Notes: generated by a model not told the origin, from the letters alone. A stretch of 64,000 nt of DNA from Convolutriloba macropyga (GCF_964194025.1 NC_134473.1:62434001-62498000); one strand, 5' to 3'; counted from the stretch's first letter, positions 26,421-39,243 are shown. Translations and numbers: made by a program.

Positions 26421-27970
26421 GCAATGAAAGTCGGTACTGTCAGAAAGACGGGCTGGCAATGGGCGCGTCCTTGGCGGTCATTTTGGAAAACCTTTGGATG
26501 AAATCGTGGGAGCCACAACTGAAATTAAAGACACCTAAATGTAAAACCAACGCACAATCTAGCACTTATCGCAATTGCGAACACCCTGTGACAGCACGTT
26601 CCAGGGGTGTGAGTGTGAAGTTTGTAATAGATGGTTCCACGCAACATGTCAGCAAATCAGTAACACAGGATATGATAGCAAAACCAGTTCTGGATGTGCT
26701 CATTCTGTCGTGAAAATGATCAGACTGACATTAACAATTCGTCCGAAACTAAAGTTTTTCTAAGATATGTCGACGATATTGTGAGAACAGTTAGAGGTGA
26801 CACAAAAGGGCTGTTAGTTGCGGTCAATAATCTCCATCCAAATCTCCAATTTACATGAGACAAAACAGATGATAAAAACAGTTTGCCATTTCTGGACATG
26901 TCAATTAACGTACAACCCGAGGGGAACATTTTTTTACATGGTATCAAAAACCATCAGAGACTGGAACAATTTTGAACTATCGTAGCTGTGCACCCCTACA
27001 ACATAAGAAAAGAATAATACAGTGAGCAATACACCGCCTGTTCCGAGCCACCAGCAATTGGAAAGCGTTCCATGAAGTATTGACAAAAAACGAAGAAATT
27101 TGGGAAGGTAATCAATATTCTAGGCATTGGGTAGGGAATATTGTCAAGGATACAATTAACCAGCTGCGAATGAAAGAACGGAGAAAAAGATATAGATATA
27201 ACCCGGGTGTAGCCGTAAAACAACAGGGAAATACTGAGAAGCAACAATTTGTGTTACAGTACAGAGGCAACTTTTCTATTGAATTTGTAAAGAAGTTGAA
27301 AAAAATTCATCTTGTACAGATGATTTTCACCACTCGAAAACATAAGAGCTGTTTACCTAGCCTCAAGTTTAGCTTTGATAAGGATCTCAAATCCCATGTG
27401 GTTAATGAAATCACTTGTGATGGATGCAAATCCATCTATGTAGGGCAGACATGCCGACATATTACCACAAGGGTTGCAGAGCATGCACAGGCGGCTTCAC
27501 CGATGGGAGTAATTGCAATCGAGTGCAACGGTGACAAAACAGCTTTCCAGTGGAAGATATTAGACCAATGCAGCAACCAATCTAAGTTAATGACACTAGA
27601 GGCACTCTATATAAGAACACTGAAACCAGCCATCAACACGCGCGACGAATACCGAACATGAGATTTGACACTGAAAGCTTAGTTTGGAGATAAAAGTCCA
27701 ACTTGAAAGACACGTTACGAAACGAAATTTTCAACTTTACAATGGAACAAAACCAAAGTAAAATTAAAGCAATATATGTATGTTTTTTAGTAAAAAAGAT
27801 GTGGATATGCATCTGCTACATCGAATAGAAAATGTACTTTTACTCAGATGTATTTATTTTGTAGATACGTTTGTCGATATGTAAAAATTCGTTTTAAATT
27901 TCCTTGAATGATTGATTTTAGTGATTCGCATTTTATTTTCTGGTTTTTCATTTTAGCATGTTGTATGGTC

Positions 27971-28012
27971 TATAATCTGAGGATGAACTGATAGTTCGAA
28001 AACGTTCGTAAG
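27971..28012 (+). ncRNA. Minimal hammerhead-ribozyme-like motif in the PLE 3' terminal region
   Basis: CTGAGGA (27977-83), stem II gaact-gat-agttc, GAAA (27998-28001), palindromic AACGTT stem III, then C. Stem I pairing is poor, so probably degenerate. Confidence 0.6.
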
Positions 28013-28154
28013 GAAGTTTTAAATTGACAATCCTTTTATAAATTGTTATACATTCGGATCTTTTCAATTTTAGCCACCCCCAGCTTAATGGTCAGATAAC
28101 CTATAGCCCCCGATCATGGTAATTATACCATAATGGGGGCTACAATGGGAAACA

Positions 28155-31100
28155 CCCGTACATTCTCTAATAGAATTACGTGTTTCTTCAATAGATGAAC
28201 ACTAGACTTGGTTTGCATATTCAAGGTGCGGTCGAACAAACGCCCTGCAAAGCTGAAGGAAACTCCGCATTGTCATCATTTCGAAGCTTTTTGTGATCTT
28301 CGCAAGGATGGAATTAGCTTTCTTGACTTGTGATGTTATACGAGGGTCGAACGTTAGCCTTCAGTCTATGCTCACCCCGAGGTCTTTCCCTAATTCAACT
28401 CCAGCTAGTTCTTTATCCCTGCCCAGTTTGCACATCAGTTCCGGTTGACTGCTCTTCTTGGAGTAATCTTCGATAGCCTTCTCCAGTGATTGGTGAGCAT
28501 AATTTAGCATCATCTGAAACAAAACATAAATTCAATATATATTTTAGATAATTTAGAAAATCCATCATGTGCCGCCGGATGATTTTCTCCATGATTTGAC
28601 ACATGAACGTTCAGCTCACCGGTCTGTATTTATTAGGGTCAATTTGAATGCTTCTTTATAACAAGACTAAAGTTAGTTCATTTTCCGTCCATAGATAGAT
28701 CTCCTGTATCCCACAACGAAATGAAGACTTCTTGTACAAACAGAGACGGCATTGTTCTAGTCTCAAACAGTATTCTTAGGTTGACATGATTTTGAGGTAT
28801 CAATTTTTTCCAATTGTTCCTGTTCCAGTACTTTAGTTTCGGTGAATGCATTTTCGTTGGTTATGCAGCATTTGCTCTAAACTTTTATATTTCAAGATCG
28901 CAGCTGTTTGCTGGCAAATATTGAGGGAAAAAATCAGAAATTGAATCTACTTTCTGTTTGTCTGTTGTGGTCAATTGCCAATTGTGTTTTTCCAGACAAG
29001 AGGTTGCTTGCCGTGTTTTTGATCTCGGGTTATGTAACTCCGAAATACTTTTGGCTGCTAATTCGCACAAGCAGAACTGTTGTTTTAAATCAGTTGACAA
29101 CGTTGCTGAATTTCCACGCGCAATTTGATTCTTGTTTTAACATAATCACGGTCCTTGCAGTCCAGGATTTTTTCCACCTCCTCAAACTTGCACCTACTAT
29201 TTTCACAGTCAACCAGCACTCGTGAGCTCCTGTTGACTTTGATGGTTTGATTTCTCTAGCAATATGACGTTGCATTTCATGGTTATAACCTTTCAAGAAA
29301 CATTTCCTTTAGTTCACAGGACAGCCTACTTCAATTGGCACCGGCGTCTTTTTCAGACGATGGTTGGTTTAAACCAAACAATATTCAAAATTACCGTAGA
29401 TGAGCGTTAGGTCTGTGAACATCAAATCAATAATGAATGATTGCTCATGACACTCGCTCTCGTCTGTTCATCTATATTTTGTGCCCCTCCAATAAGTTTA
29501 GCTTCTTTGCTTTGTCTTCTCTGTTATGCATTACAAATTTTTCCCATCTATTTATAAAAAAATCAGGTCCCTACTACTACAACCTTTTTTTTGACTTTCC
29601 AATGTAATTAAAAACTCGATTGAGTTCCGCGTCCTTTTCAATGGAGGATTTGAAATTTCGGTAACTTGAGATGAAATTCAGTGAAAAAGGGGCCAGCTGG
29701 AGTTGAAAGTGTTGCATTTTTGCGAAGTTTGAGGGAATATCTTGTTCCAGAAACCTAATAAAAAATACTAATGTATAATAGTAACGCCGTCTATTTTCCG
29801 TCGGTTTCTTGTTTATTGCTTCTAAGTTAAAATTTTGAATTTTGTGCCAAAAAAATTTTCAGTCTAAAAGACTGTTCTTTGATTTGACATTAATTTTTTC
29901 GAATGTATCCAGTTCGTTGGTTGAACGCTCTAGGTTGTAAATCAGACCTCCAAGTTTCTTCTGAATGTGATCCTTCAATTAAAATTCTGCTGTTCTGAGT
30001 TTGCTCTGGTCCCTCATGATAGAATTCAAAAATTTAATCATTTCATTTTTGACCCGCAGGGGTCTTTTCTTGTTGCGATAGCTTTTTTGTCTCCTCTTTG
30101 TTCCCCAATCTGACGCAGCTTTTAGGTCGCCGAATTTATGTCGTAGAGAAAACTGTTGGCAATCTTTTGACCACTTTTTGATTTATCTCATTTCCCTAAT
30201 ATTTTTTTCTACTGCTTGGTCTTTGATTATACTATTTTTTCCTAATTTTTATCTGCTTTTCCACTCACTGTTCCTCTTCCGTCTTCTAAAATGATTTTTT
30301 TTACTGGTGTCAATTTTGCCATTTTAGTCTGCTAAGCTTCGTTCGTGTCTGTCTCCAAGCTGTCTCCGTTCTTCCTGTGTGCTCTGAGCCCATTCAATGA
30401 AAGGCAAATGGCTTATTAGTGTCTTTACTCAGTAAATTCTTAAGTCAAGATCAATGACTTCATGGGCTTTCTCGAATTTTTGCAGTTTTTTTTCATATAT
30501 TATGTTCTTGGATTCTGTAACACACAAGCCACAGGTCCTATCATGTAATCGTATACCGTTGGGATCATGTATAGGTACTTGCAGCGGAAATACTTTGGCA
30601 TGGTCAAACTCCATTTTTATATCGTTTGGGTTTTTGTAGATCTTACGGCCTTGTTCACATGTGTCAATCCGTTTGGCTTATGCTCATTGATTGAGTTTAT
30701 GTACCTCCAACCTGGAGCCATTATTGTTGGTAAGTGCTCCACCTAGACCTCACAGGGACGAAAATGTACCTGGGAGATTCCATAGTGAAAAAATGGTTAA
30801 GTAAAGTTTGAAAAGCTTCCAAAGCGCCGTACTACCAACAGTTAAAGTAGAGTTACCTTCAGTTATTTTCTCTTCTTGCTCGTTGGCCGTTTCCTGGTTC
30901 CTTTGGCTATTTCGCATTGACAGCATCTTTGAGAGCGTCTCTTTTGATTTGTTGGACGTTTCCTTACCACTAATGTTTCTAGGTTGTTTTTTTTGTTAAG
31001 TAAAACTCAAAACAAAATTCAAACATTTTGAAACTGGCTATTGTTGGTATGAGGTTTTTCTGCTCTGTGATGCGAGTTATTTTTTTGTGTCAACAAAAAT

Positions 31101-31808
31101 TTTGTTGAGTGTTCTCAGGTTCAAAAAGATGTTGTGTGAACTAAGACCCCGGGAATACATTGTCGCAGATAATCAGACTTCAAATTTGAACAATCTTAGC
31201 AATAAATCATCAACTGGTTACCTCTGTAGGTTCCTGAAAGTTGCTACAGTGTTCATCAGTTGTTGATATTATTGTGCCACATTACTTTTTGAATCCTCTT
31301 GTGTACGCTTCCAATCCTTAAGAATTGTTTCTTTCTTCTTGCTTGGGTAAAAAAATAGGAATTTAGGCTCAACCTTGGAATTGCAAATTTTGTCGGCGAC
31401 AGGTTTGCTTCGGATCAATAGGTGATGCTTCGAAAGCCGCTGCTAGAAAACTGGCACCCAAGATGATCACCACTCAGCCCAGAAATAATAAAATATTCCT
31501 CAGTTTAACTAAAGGTGCGTGGGACTTTGTACCCGAGCGAAGAAAAGTAATTAGATTCAGCAATAAAATTTTATTTTGCAATAAGCGAATCGACTACTTA
31601 AACGGCTTTGGAAAAGCGAATAATTTTAGATTTTGTCGGAGTGTAGTGGCTTAGACAGCAGGGGTCGGTATCAGGTGTGATTGAGGATCTAGATCCCCAA
31701 ACGAGTTCCTGCCAACCACTTTTCTGAAATTTTCTGCAGTGCAGCTCAACTGTCTTAACCTGAAACACACCACGTGCTCAGAGACCAGTTGATGCAAATG
31801 CTATTGAA
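28155..31808 (-). mobile_element. Decayed CR1-type LINE, tandem copy 1
   Basis: Minus-strand relics: FVRPHLEYANQV, DDAKL, YRPVS, CQIMEKIIRRHMMDFL, plus ORF1-like sequence near 30400-31100. Colinear with 31809-35571. Confidence 0.85.
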
Positions 31809-34800
31809 GGATGTTCTGCATTCTCATCATTTCGAAGCGTTTTTTGATCAACGCAAGGATGGAATTAGTTGTCTTGACTTGTCATGTTAGAACGTGGATT
31901 GAACGTTAGTCTTCAGTCTATGCTCACTCCGAGGTCTTTCCCTGATTCCACTCCAGCTAGTTCTTTATCCCTGTCCAGTTTGCAGATCAGTTCCGGTTGA
32001 CTGCTTGTTGTCGATTAGGTCAGTATATCGTGATTTTGCGAGTTATAACGTAGTAAAATATAAGTGGACTCCGGTGAAACATTTTTAAGATCTTCTGGAG
32101 TAATCTTCGATCGCCTTCTCCAGTGATTGGTGAGCATAAATTAGCATCATCTGTAGAAAGATATGTAGGTGACTTCCTGCACTCTGGCATTGAATTTGTA
32201 CAAGATAAAAAGTACAGGCACAAAAAATGACCCTTGGGGAAAACCACATAGGACGGTTTGCCAGCTCTAGTAGGTCCAATTTAATGCCAAACTTTGCTCC
32301 ATATTTTGAGAAAACTTTTTATCCAGCTCAATGTCTTGTCTTCTATTCCGTACTGTTTTATTACTCCCAGTAGGCGACTGAGTGGCACAATTTCAAAAGC
32401 TTGCTTACCTTCGAGACATATAATGTCTACTTCGTATCTATTGTCAAGTGCTTCGGTCCTTTTGGCCATGGTTTTGGTTAACAGCAACGTCATTGATCTT
32501 CCCCACAAACCCAAATTGCAATGATTTTAAGATATTTTAGATAATCCATTATGTGCCGCCGGATGATTATCTCCATGATTTGACACATGGCCGTTAAGCT
32601 CACTGGTCTGTAATTATTAGGGTCCTTTTGGCTGCTTCCTTATAATAGGACTAAAGTTAGTTTTTTTTCCGTCTATCGATAGATCTCCTGTATCCCACGA
32701 CGAAATGAAGATTTCTTGTACAAACAGAGATGGCATTGTTCTTGTTTCAAACAATACTCTTAGGTTGACATGATTTTGAGGTATCAATTTTTTCCAAGTG
32801 TTCCTGCTCCAGTACTTTGGTTTCGATGAATGCAATTTCGTTGGTTATGCAACATTTGCTCTAAACTTTTATATTTCAAAATCGCAGCTGTTTGCTGGCA
32901 AATATTGAGGGAAAAAATCAGAAATTGAATCTACTTTCTGTTTGTCTGTTGTGGTCATTTGCCCATTGTGTTTTTCCAGGCAAGAGGTTGCCTGCCGTGT
33001 TTTTTGATCTCTGGTTATGTAACTCCAAAAAATTTTGGCTTCTAGTTCGCACAATCGGCATTGTTGTTTTAGATCAGTTGACAACGTTGCTGAATTTCCA
33101 CGCGCAATTTGTTTCTTGTTTTAACATAATCACGGTAATTGTCTCCACTGCTCTCAATGGTGACTGTTCTCCGGGTCTTTTTTTGCCTTTATTATTTCTA
33201 AAGATTCAGCATTCCGTGCAGTCCAGGATTTTTTGCACCTCCTCAAACTTGCACCTACTATTTTCACAGTCAACCAGCACTCGTGAGCTCCTGCTGACTT
33301 TGATGGTTTGATTTCTCTAGCAATATGACGTTGCATTTCATGGTTATAACTTTTCAAGAAACTTTTCCTGTAGTTCACAGGACAGCCTACTTCAATTGGC
33401 CCCGGCGTCTTTTTCAGCCGATGGTTGATTAGAACCAAACAATATTCAAAATTACCGGAGATGAGCGTTAGGTCCGTGAACATCAAATCAAGGAGAGGTA
33501 ATTGCTTATGACTCTCGCTCTTGTCCGTTCATCTACATTTTTTGAGGTAAGAATCTCGTGCCTCTCCAATAAATTTAGCTTCTTTGCTCTGTTCTTTCTG
33601 TTATGCATTACTAAATTTTCCCATCTGTTTATGAAGAAATGAAATTGCTACTACTACAACCTTTTCTTTTGAATTTCCAATGTAATTAAAAACTTGGTTC
33701 AGTTCCGCGTCCTTTTCAATGGAGGATTTGAAACTTTGGTAACCTGAGCTGAAATTCAGAGAAGAAGGGGCCAGCTGGAGGTGAAAGTGTCGCATTTTTG
33801 CGAAGCTTGGGGGAATATCTTGTTCTACAAACTTAATACCAATACTAAAGTATCCTAGCAACCCCGTCCATTTTACGTCGGGTTCTTGTTTATTGCTTCT
33901 AAATTAAAATTTTGAATTTTTGTGCCAGAAAAGATTTCAGTCTAAAACGCTGTTCTTTGATTTGACATTGACTTTTCCGAACGTATCCAGTTCGTTGGTT
34001 GAACGCTCTAGGTTGTAAATCAGACCTACAGGTTTCTTCTGAATCTGATTCTTCAAGTAAAATTCTGCTTTTCTAAGTTTGCTGTAGTCCCTCATGATAA
34101 AGTTCAAAACTTTAATCACTTCATTTTTGACCCGCAGGGGTCTTTTCTTGTTGCGATAGCTTTTTTTGTCTCCGGTTTGTTCTCCAATCTGACGCAGCTT
34201 TTAGGTCGCCGAATTTATATCGTAGAGTATACGGTTGGCAATCTTTTGACCGCTTTTTGATTCATCTCATTTTCCTAATATTTTTTTCTACTGCTTGGTC
34301 TTTGATTATACTATTCTTTCCTAATTCTTATCTGCTTTTCCACTCTTTGTTCCTCTTCCGTCTTCTAAAATAATTTTTTTACTGGTGTCAATTTTGCCAT
34401 TTTAATCTGCTAAGCTTCGTACGTGTCTGTCTCAAAGCTGTCTCTGTTCTTCCTGGTTGCTCTGGGCCCATTCAATGAAGGAACAATTGAAAATGGACAA
34501 CTGAGAACAAGCTACTGTTTATATACTGTAGCCTAATGCTGCTCTGCTGCGATTATGCAGAAACACATTTTTTTATTATTTCTGTCTGAAAATTCCAATC
34601 AGAGGTCATTCTGTCTGGAAAGTCTGATAAGAGGTCATTCCGGTCTGTAAAGTCTGATCAGAGGTCACTTTGGTCTCAAAATTCTGATCAGATGTCATTT
34701 TTGTCTGGAAAGTCTGATCAGAGGTCATTGGGTGCAAGGATGGTTTTCTTTTCCTCTGTAATACGAGTTGTTTTTTTTGTGTCGATAACAAGTGTGTTGA

Positions 34801-35571
34801 ATGTTCTCATGCCCAAAAGGATGTTGGGTGGACTAAGACACCAAGAATATGTAACGGCAGATTACCGAACTTCAAGTCCGAGTAATGTTTGCAATAAATC
34901 AGCAAAGGGTAACCTTTTAAGGTTCCCGAATGTTGCTACTTTTCTCACTAATTGTGCTGCTGATAATATCATGCCACAATACTATTTGATTCTTCTCTCA
35001 TAGACGTATCATCTTTAGGATTTGTTTCTATTTACTTGCGTGGCAAAGCGGATTAGAGGTTTAGGCTCAACCCTGGGGTTGCAAAAAATGTCGGTGACAG
35101 AGTTCGCTTCAGATCAATTGGCTATGCTTCGAAAATTGCTCCTAGAAAACTGTCGCCAGAGATAATTCCCGTTCAGCCCGGAAAAAATAATATCTTCACC
35201 CATTTAACTAGAGGTGCGTCGGACTTCGTACCCAAGCGAATAAAAATAATTAGATTCAGCCCTCTTGCTCACCTAATCTATAGGCACATGATTTAAAACG
35301 GTAAATTCTACAACTATAAACCAAATTTTTGCAACAATTAGACTAAGTAAATCAACTACTCAAACTGATTTGGATAAGCAAAAAATTTTACGATTTGGTG
35401 GAGTGTAGTGGCTTAGACAGCAAGGGGGCAATATCAGGTGTGCTTGAGGATCTAGATCCCCAAACGAGTTCGAGCCAACCACTTTTCTGAAATTTCCTGC
35501 AGTGCAGCTCAGCTGTCTAAACTTGAAACACACCACGTGCTCAGAGACCAGTTGATGCAAATGCTATTGAA
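31809..35571 (-). mobile_element. Decayed CR1-type LINE, tandem copy 2
   Basis: Colinear with copy 1. Retains RT pieces deleted in copy 1 (VDIICL..KQAFEIVP.SRLL, GIEDKTLSWIKSFL, a GxPQG-like segment). Confidence 0.85.
34570..34732. repeat. 30-bp tandem array (gtctgatcagaggtcatt...), same family as 42230-42305
   Basis: About five ~30-bp units, present in LINE copy 2 but absent from copy 1. Confidence 0.8.
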
Positions 35572-36100
35572 CAATATGACAGACATCAAAAAACATCCGC
35601 ATCCATGGTTTGAAGAAGCAGAGCTAAGAATCTTATCAAACTGTATCGGACGCCAAAGTGCATCGGATGCCAAACTTTATCGGACCATTTGCGGACTAAA
35701 CCTTAGAAAGATCTAGACTTTTAAAGAATTTTGACTTCTTGTGAGATTTTGAGTGAGATTGTCCACTGAACATCAACACAAAGAAAAGCATCCACATGAC
35801 CGTCACAACGTTGAACGCTGGTGAAAAGGTAGTGCAAATTGAAACCACCATATTGAAGTTGAATATTAGAAAAAACCATGAAGTTGATTATTAGAAAAAT
35901 GTTGTGAGGGTCTAGAATGGATTACCTGATTATGTGGCCATGAGTGAAAACTTGAGCCATTTCATGTCGATTCTCGACAGGTTATGGATACATCAGAAAT
36001 TTCCCTCTATCTACAGTGGCACTGTAAAGATCCAAAACTGAAGAGCTAATCATAGGAAGCTATCTTGCCTAGTAGAATTAACACAAACTCAAGCTCAAAA
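35545..36100 (+). mobile_element. CR1-type LINE 3' fragment
   Basis: Frameshifted relics DANAIEQ..IHGLK, RVWNGLP.YV and F..ILDR.W are typical of the CR1 ORF2 tail. Confidence 0.5.
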
Positions 36101-37179
36101 CCAAAACAGTTGTCTAACTAGTTGAGAATTTTGTGGTATCACTCATTGGAGGAAACATAAATGTTTTCCATGGGTGTCTGCCGGAGATGGTATAAAACCT
36201 CTCCTTGATAAAACCTCACTCACCATCAATCAAATTTTTATACTGAGGTTATATATCTCAAAACGAAGATGAAAGATCGCAAACGTGAAAATTATTTGAA
36301 TAAGAATGTCACCCACTCGTTGTGCTAAATTAATGAGTGCCTAGAAAAAATAAACAGAAATGTGCCTGAATTAAAAGGAAAAAAAACGATTCGTCTAATA
36401 TGAATGGTCGGAAGACTGCATATTATTTTATTTGAACTGCAAAATGCATGAATTTTGATGGAAAATTTTTTCAGCCCTATAATTTTTTCGTTGTTGGACC
36501 TCTACTTCTCTTCCAAATTATGTTAAACTATGGCTCATGTTTCCGCTGATTCCTCTTTTCAAATTAAATATCATGTCATTCAAAAAGATTTTTGACGAGT
36601 TGAGGAGTTCCTCATATCTAACCCAATGTTCTACTATGTTTTGTTTCACTGAAAATTGGTCCTTGGTCAACTGTTTTGGTTAATGATAACGTTTTCTATT
36701 TAAAAAACTACCTATTTATGTCTATGGTCTTTCACTTCATAGAACCACCAACTATCGGCCCCTGTTTGCCTTCATTTGGGGGGGGGGGGCTACATGTTTT
36801 CTGAGCACTATTCTGGGGGACTATAATGCAAAACAGCACCCTAAGTTTAACAAGAGCAAGCAAAAATGCCTCGGTATCTCTTATCATGAATCAGTATAAT
36901 CTGACGTTATCGTTCTCAAAACAAACATAAATTTTGCTGATGAATTGTACAGCAAAAAGTGGAAGCAAATTTGTGTAGTGTGTCTTTTGAGTTTAACATC
37001 GAACCCCAAAATCGACTTCCCTTGTGCGTTCCCCTAGATGAATTTCACAGTATCAATCACAAACTGTATCGGTTACGATATGTAAAAATAATATATTTTT
37101 TGAAACAAGACTACACAAGTGCTCTTTATGATGATATTTCTAGTAGTCACTGTGTTTCATAAATTAGTAAATATCCAAC

Positions 37180-37181
<2 letters not shown>

Positions 37182-37233
<52 letters not shown>

Positions 37234-37252
37234 GTGTGAGAGAGAGAGAGAG
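37182..37252. repeat. (GT)n(GA)n compound microsatellite
   Basis: Directly visible. Confidence 0.97.
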
Positions 37253-39086
37253 GTAGAAATTACAGTTCTTGACAACGTTTTGTGCAATTCCTACCCAAAT
37301 GAAGTTTTTATTGTACCTCTTGAACGATTTTGTATCGCAATGCAGTAACTATAAAACCCCTTTATTTGAATGAAATTAAAAATAAAATTGTCAAAAAAGC
37401 AAAATCTTTTTTTTGGACTGGAAGGTTAAAACAGCAAATTTTAAGAAAATGTTTTTTTTCCTGACTGATGAACTTATGCGTCTAGAGTTGCATGTAAATT
37501 TTGATCCTGAAGCTTCGATTTACAGTATTAGCACGGCCATCGGGAAGTATGCTGCTTTTTTTAAAAAAAAAACACACAAAACATATTTCCTTGGTTTGAT
37601 GATATTGTGAAGAAGTCTCTTATGAAAATATTTTATTAAAGAAGTTGAGAAGAGGCCTATTATTCTTTGATGGCTTCGAAAACTAACGGGAGATTGTTCG
37701 TACACTTTGTGCGAAGAAAAAACAATTTATTATGTCTACAGATTTTCTCGCCTTAAAGGTAAGATTTTTTTTTGAAAAGTTGGGAACACTGTTGGGTCGA
37801 ACAAAGCCCCACATGCCAATGTTTCATACAATATTTTACGCAAATGATTACAATGAGTGAGAAATCTGCCGTCATTTCTTTCTTCAAACAGGAACAAGAT
37901 TTAAAGTTTTGTCAATAGTTTATTTGTTGTTTTTTTTTAGTTTTGAACGACGTTTTAATTCCAATGAAAAAAGAAGGACTTTTGACGCGTTGTCGAACTT
38001 AAAGCAAATATATGTGGCGAAGATCTTTTGCGCTTGAAATGGAGTAGTTCTGAAGCATGAACCCTAGAATAAAAGTCTACCACATTGGTCAGTTGAAAAT
38101 CTATTAACAGTGTCCAAACAGTTTTACGTTAGAAGCTTCAGGCGCGTATGCGCATATGTGTCAATGTTTGTCAACAATCTTGGTTTTGATAAATAGTCTG
38201 AGCAAACTACAAATGAAGTTATATTGATCACACAGCTATGCAGATTGGTCAGAAGTTTTGCGGCGAAAATTAGTTCAATAGTTTACAATCACTCATGTGG
38301 TCATTGATTAAATACCCCCCCCCCCCCATCTGTTTGATACACCTTTTAAGTTCTCTTTTGTAATTGCCACCGCAACCTACAAGTCCACATTTGACCCACA
38401 ATCCCCAGCTCCACCCCCACCCCCGCACTGACACATACATTCATACATAGATATAAAACCCCTCCCCCCGTTTATGGGAGACGTTACAATGAAAACATGA
38501 AAGCAAATACACTTTAACTTCAATCACATTTCAAACACACATTACAAACATAAAGCTCTCTAGTTCGACACTAGACTACTTCAAACTTTATAAACTGTAC
38601 CTTGCACTCATATATCATATTAGTTATATTTCACATATATGCATTTATTTGGGTTGGTTGTAGTAGCCTTGCATGTTTCGAACAGTCCAGACCCATATAC
38701 CGGTTCTAGTTCACACGAATATTCCCCAATTATGTTTGAACAATCCCTGGGTTTTGATCTGCGCCTGGAAATTACCAACAGGTGTGCGGGCAAATGAGAA
38801 AGAGAATTCTTAGCTCAAACCTGGGAATTTTCCTTATTTAAGTTTTGAGGAACAAACTACTTAAACAGCAGCCCAGATTAGCTGTAAACAAAAGCGGTCA
38901 AACAAATGCGAGATTTCATTCAAAAGAAAATTTCTTCCACTGCAATAGTGTACAATTGAGCGGTTCTTTTGACCGTAAAAGTTTCAAAATTTGATTTACT
39001 ACCAAAGTAGTTAATACCTGAGAGAAATACTCTCAAATACTAAACGATTTAACCTTAAAGCAGTATTAAGTTCCTCCCCAAACAAT

Positions 39087-39243
39087 ATGTATATCTCTAT
39101 AAAATTACTAACTTCTATATCCTTATTGGTTATTATTAATTACAGTTTGCTGTGCAATTGCAAAAAAGGGAGACATATTCGATCGGACCCTATGCCATCG
39201 ATACCCGGTTCTGATAGCCAATCAGAAGAGAGCTCAGATGATG
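39087..39243 (+). CDS. Cys-loop (nAChR-like) channel subunit exon 1, signal peptide
   Basis: ATG 39087, MYISIKLLTSISLLVIINYSLLCNC-KKGRHIRSDP... (hydrophobic signal-like stretch), donor G|GTACGT. 157 bp, phase 1, which fits the next exon. Confidence 0.65.

Larger units (their letters stand above)
25935..28040 (+). mobile_element. Penelope-like retroelement (RT plus GIY-YIG endonuclease), 5'-truncated and decayed
   Basis: ESLYTNVPVKEA (motif A region), YCQKDGLAMGASLA (motif B'), FLRYVDD at 26766, NLHPNLQFT, LPFLD, then VVxEITCDGCKSIYVGQTCRHITTRVAEH (GIY-YIG) and LEALYIRTLKPAIN. Several frameshifts and stops. Confidence 0.92.

Noticed and set aside
26850-27682. In-frame TGA codons in the PLE (FT*DK and YRT*DLTLK) as selenocysteine recoding, as in Naiad PLEs
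   Set aside because: They do not fall at Cys positions, and the copy has several frameshifts. Decay such as CGA>TGA is sufficient to explain them.
28155-36100. Twin-priming 5' inversion joining the minus-strand LINE to the plus-strand tail at 35545
   Set aside because: The two parts overlap in protein position but differ in sequence (KHVILLENV vs DANAIEQ), so they look like different elements.
37742-37764. Strong plus-strand donor AAG|GTAAGA as a 5' UTR exon of the channel gene
   Set aside because: A single motif with no other support. It cannot be distinguished from chance without transcript data.
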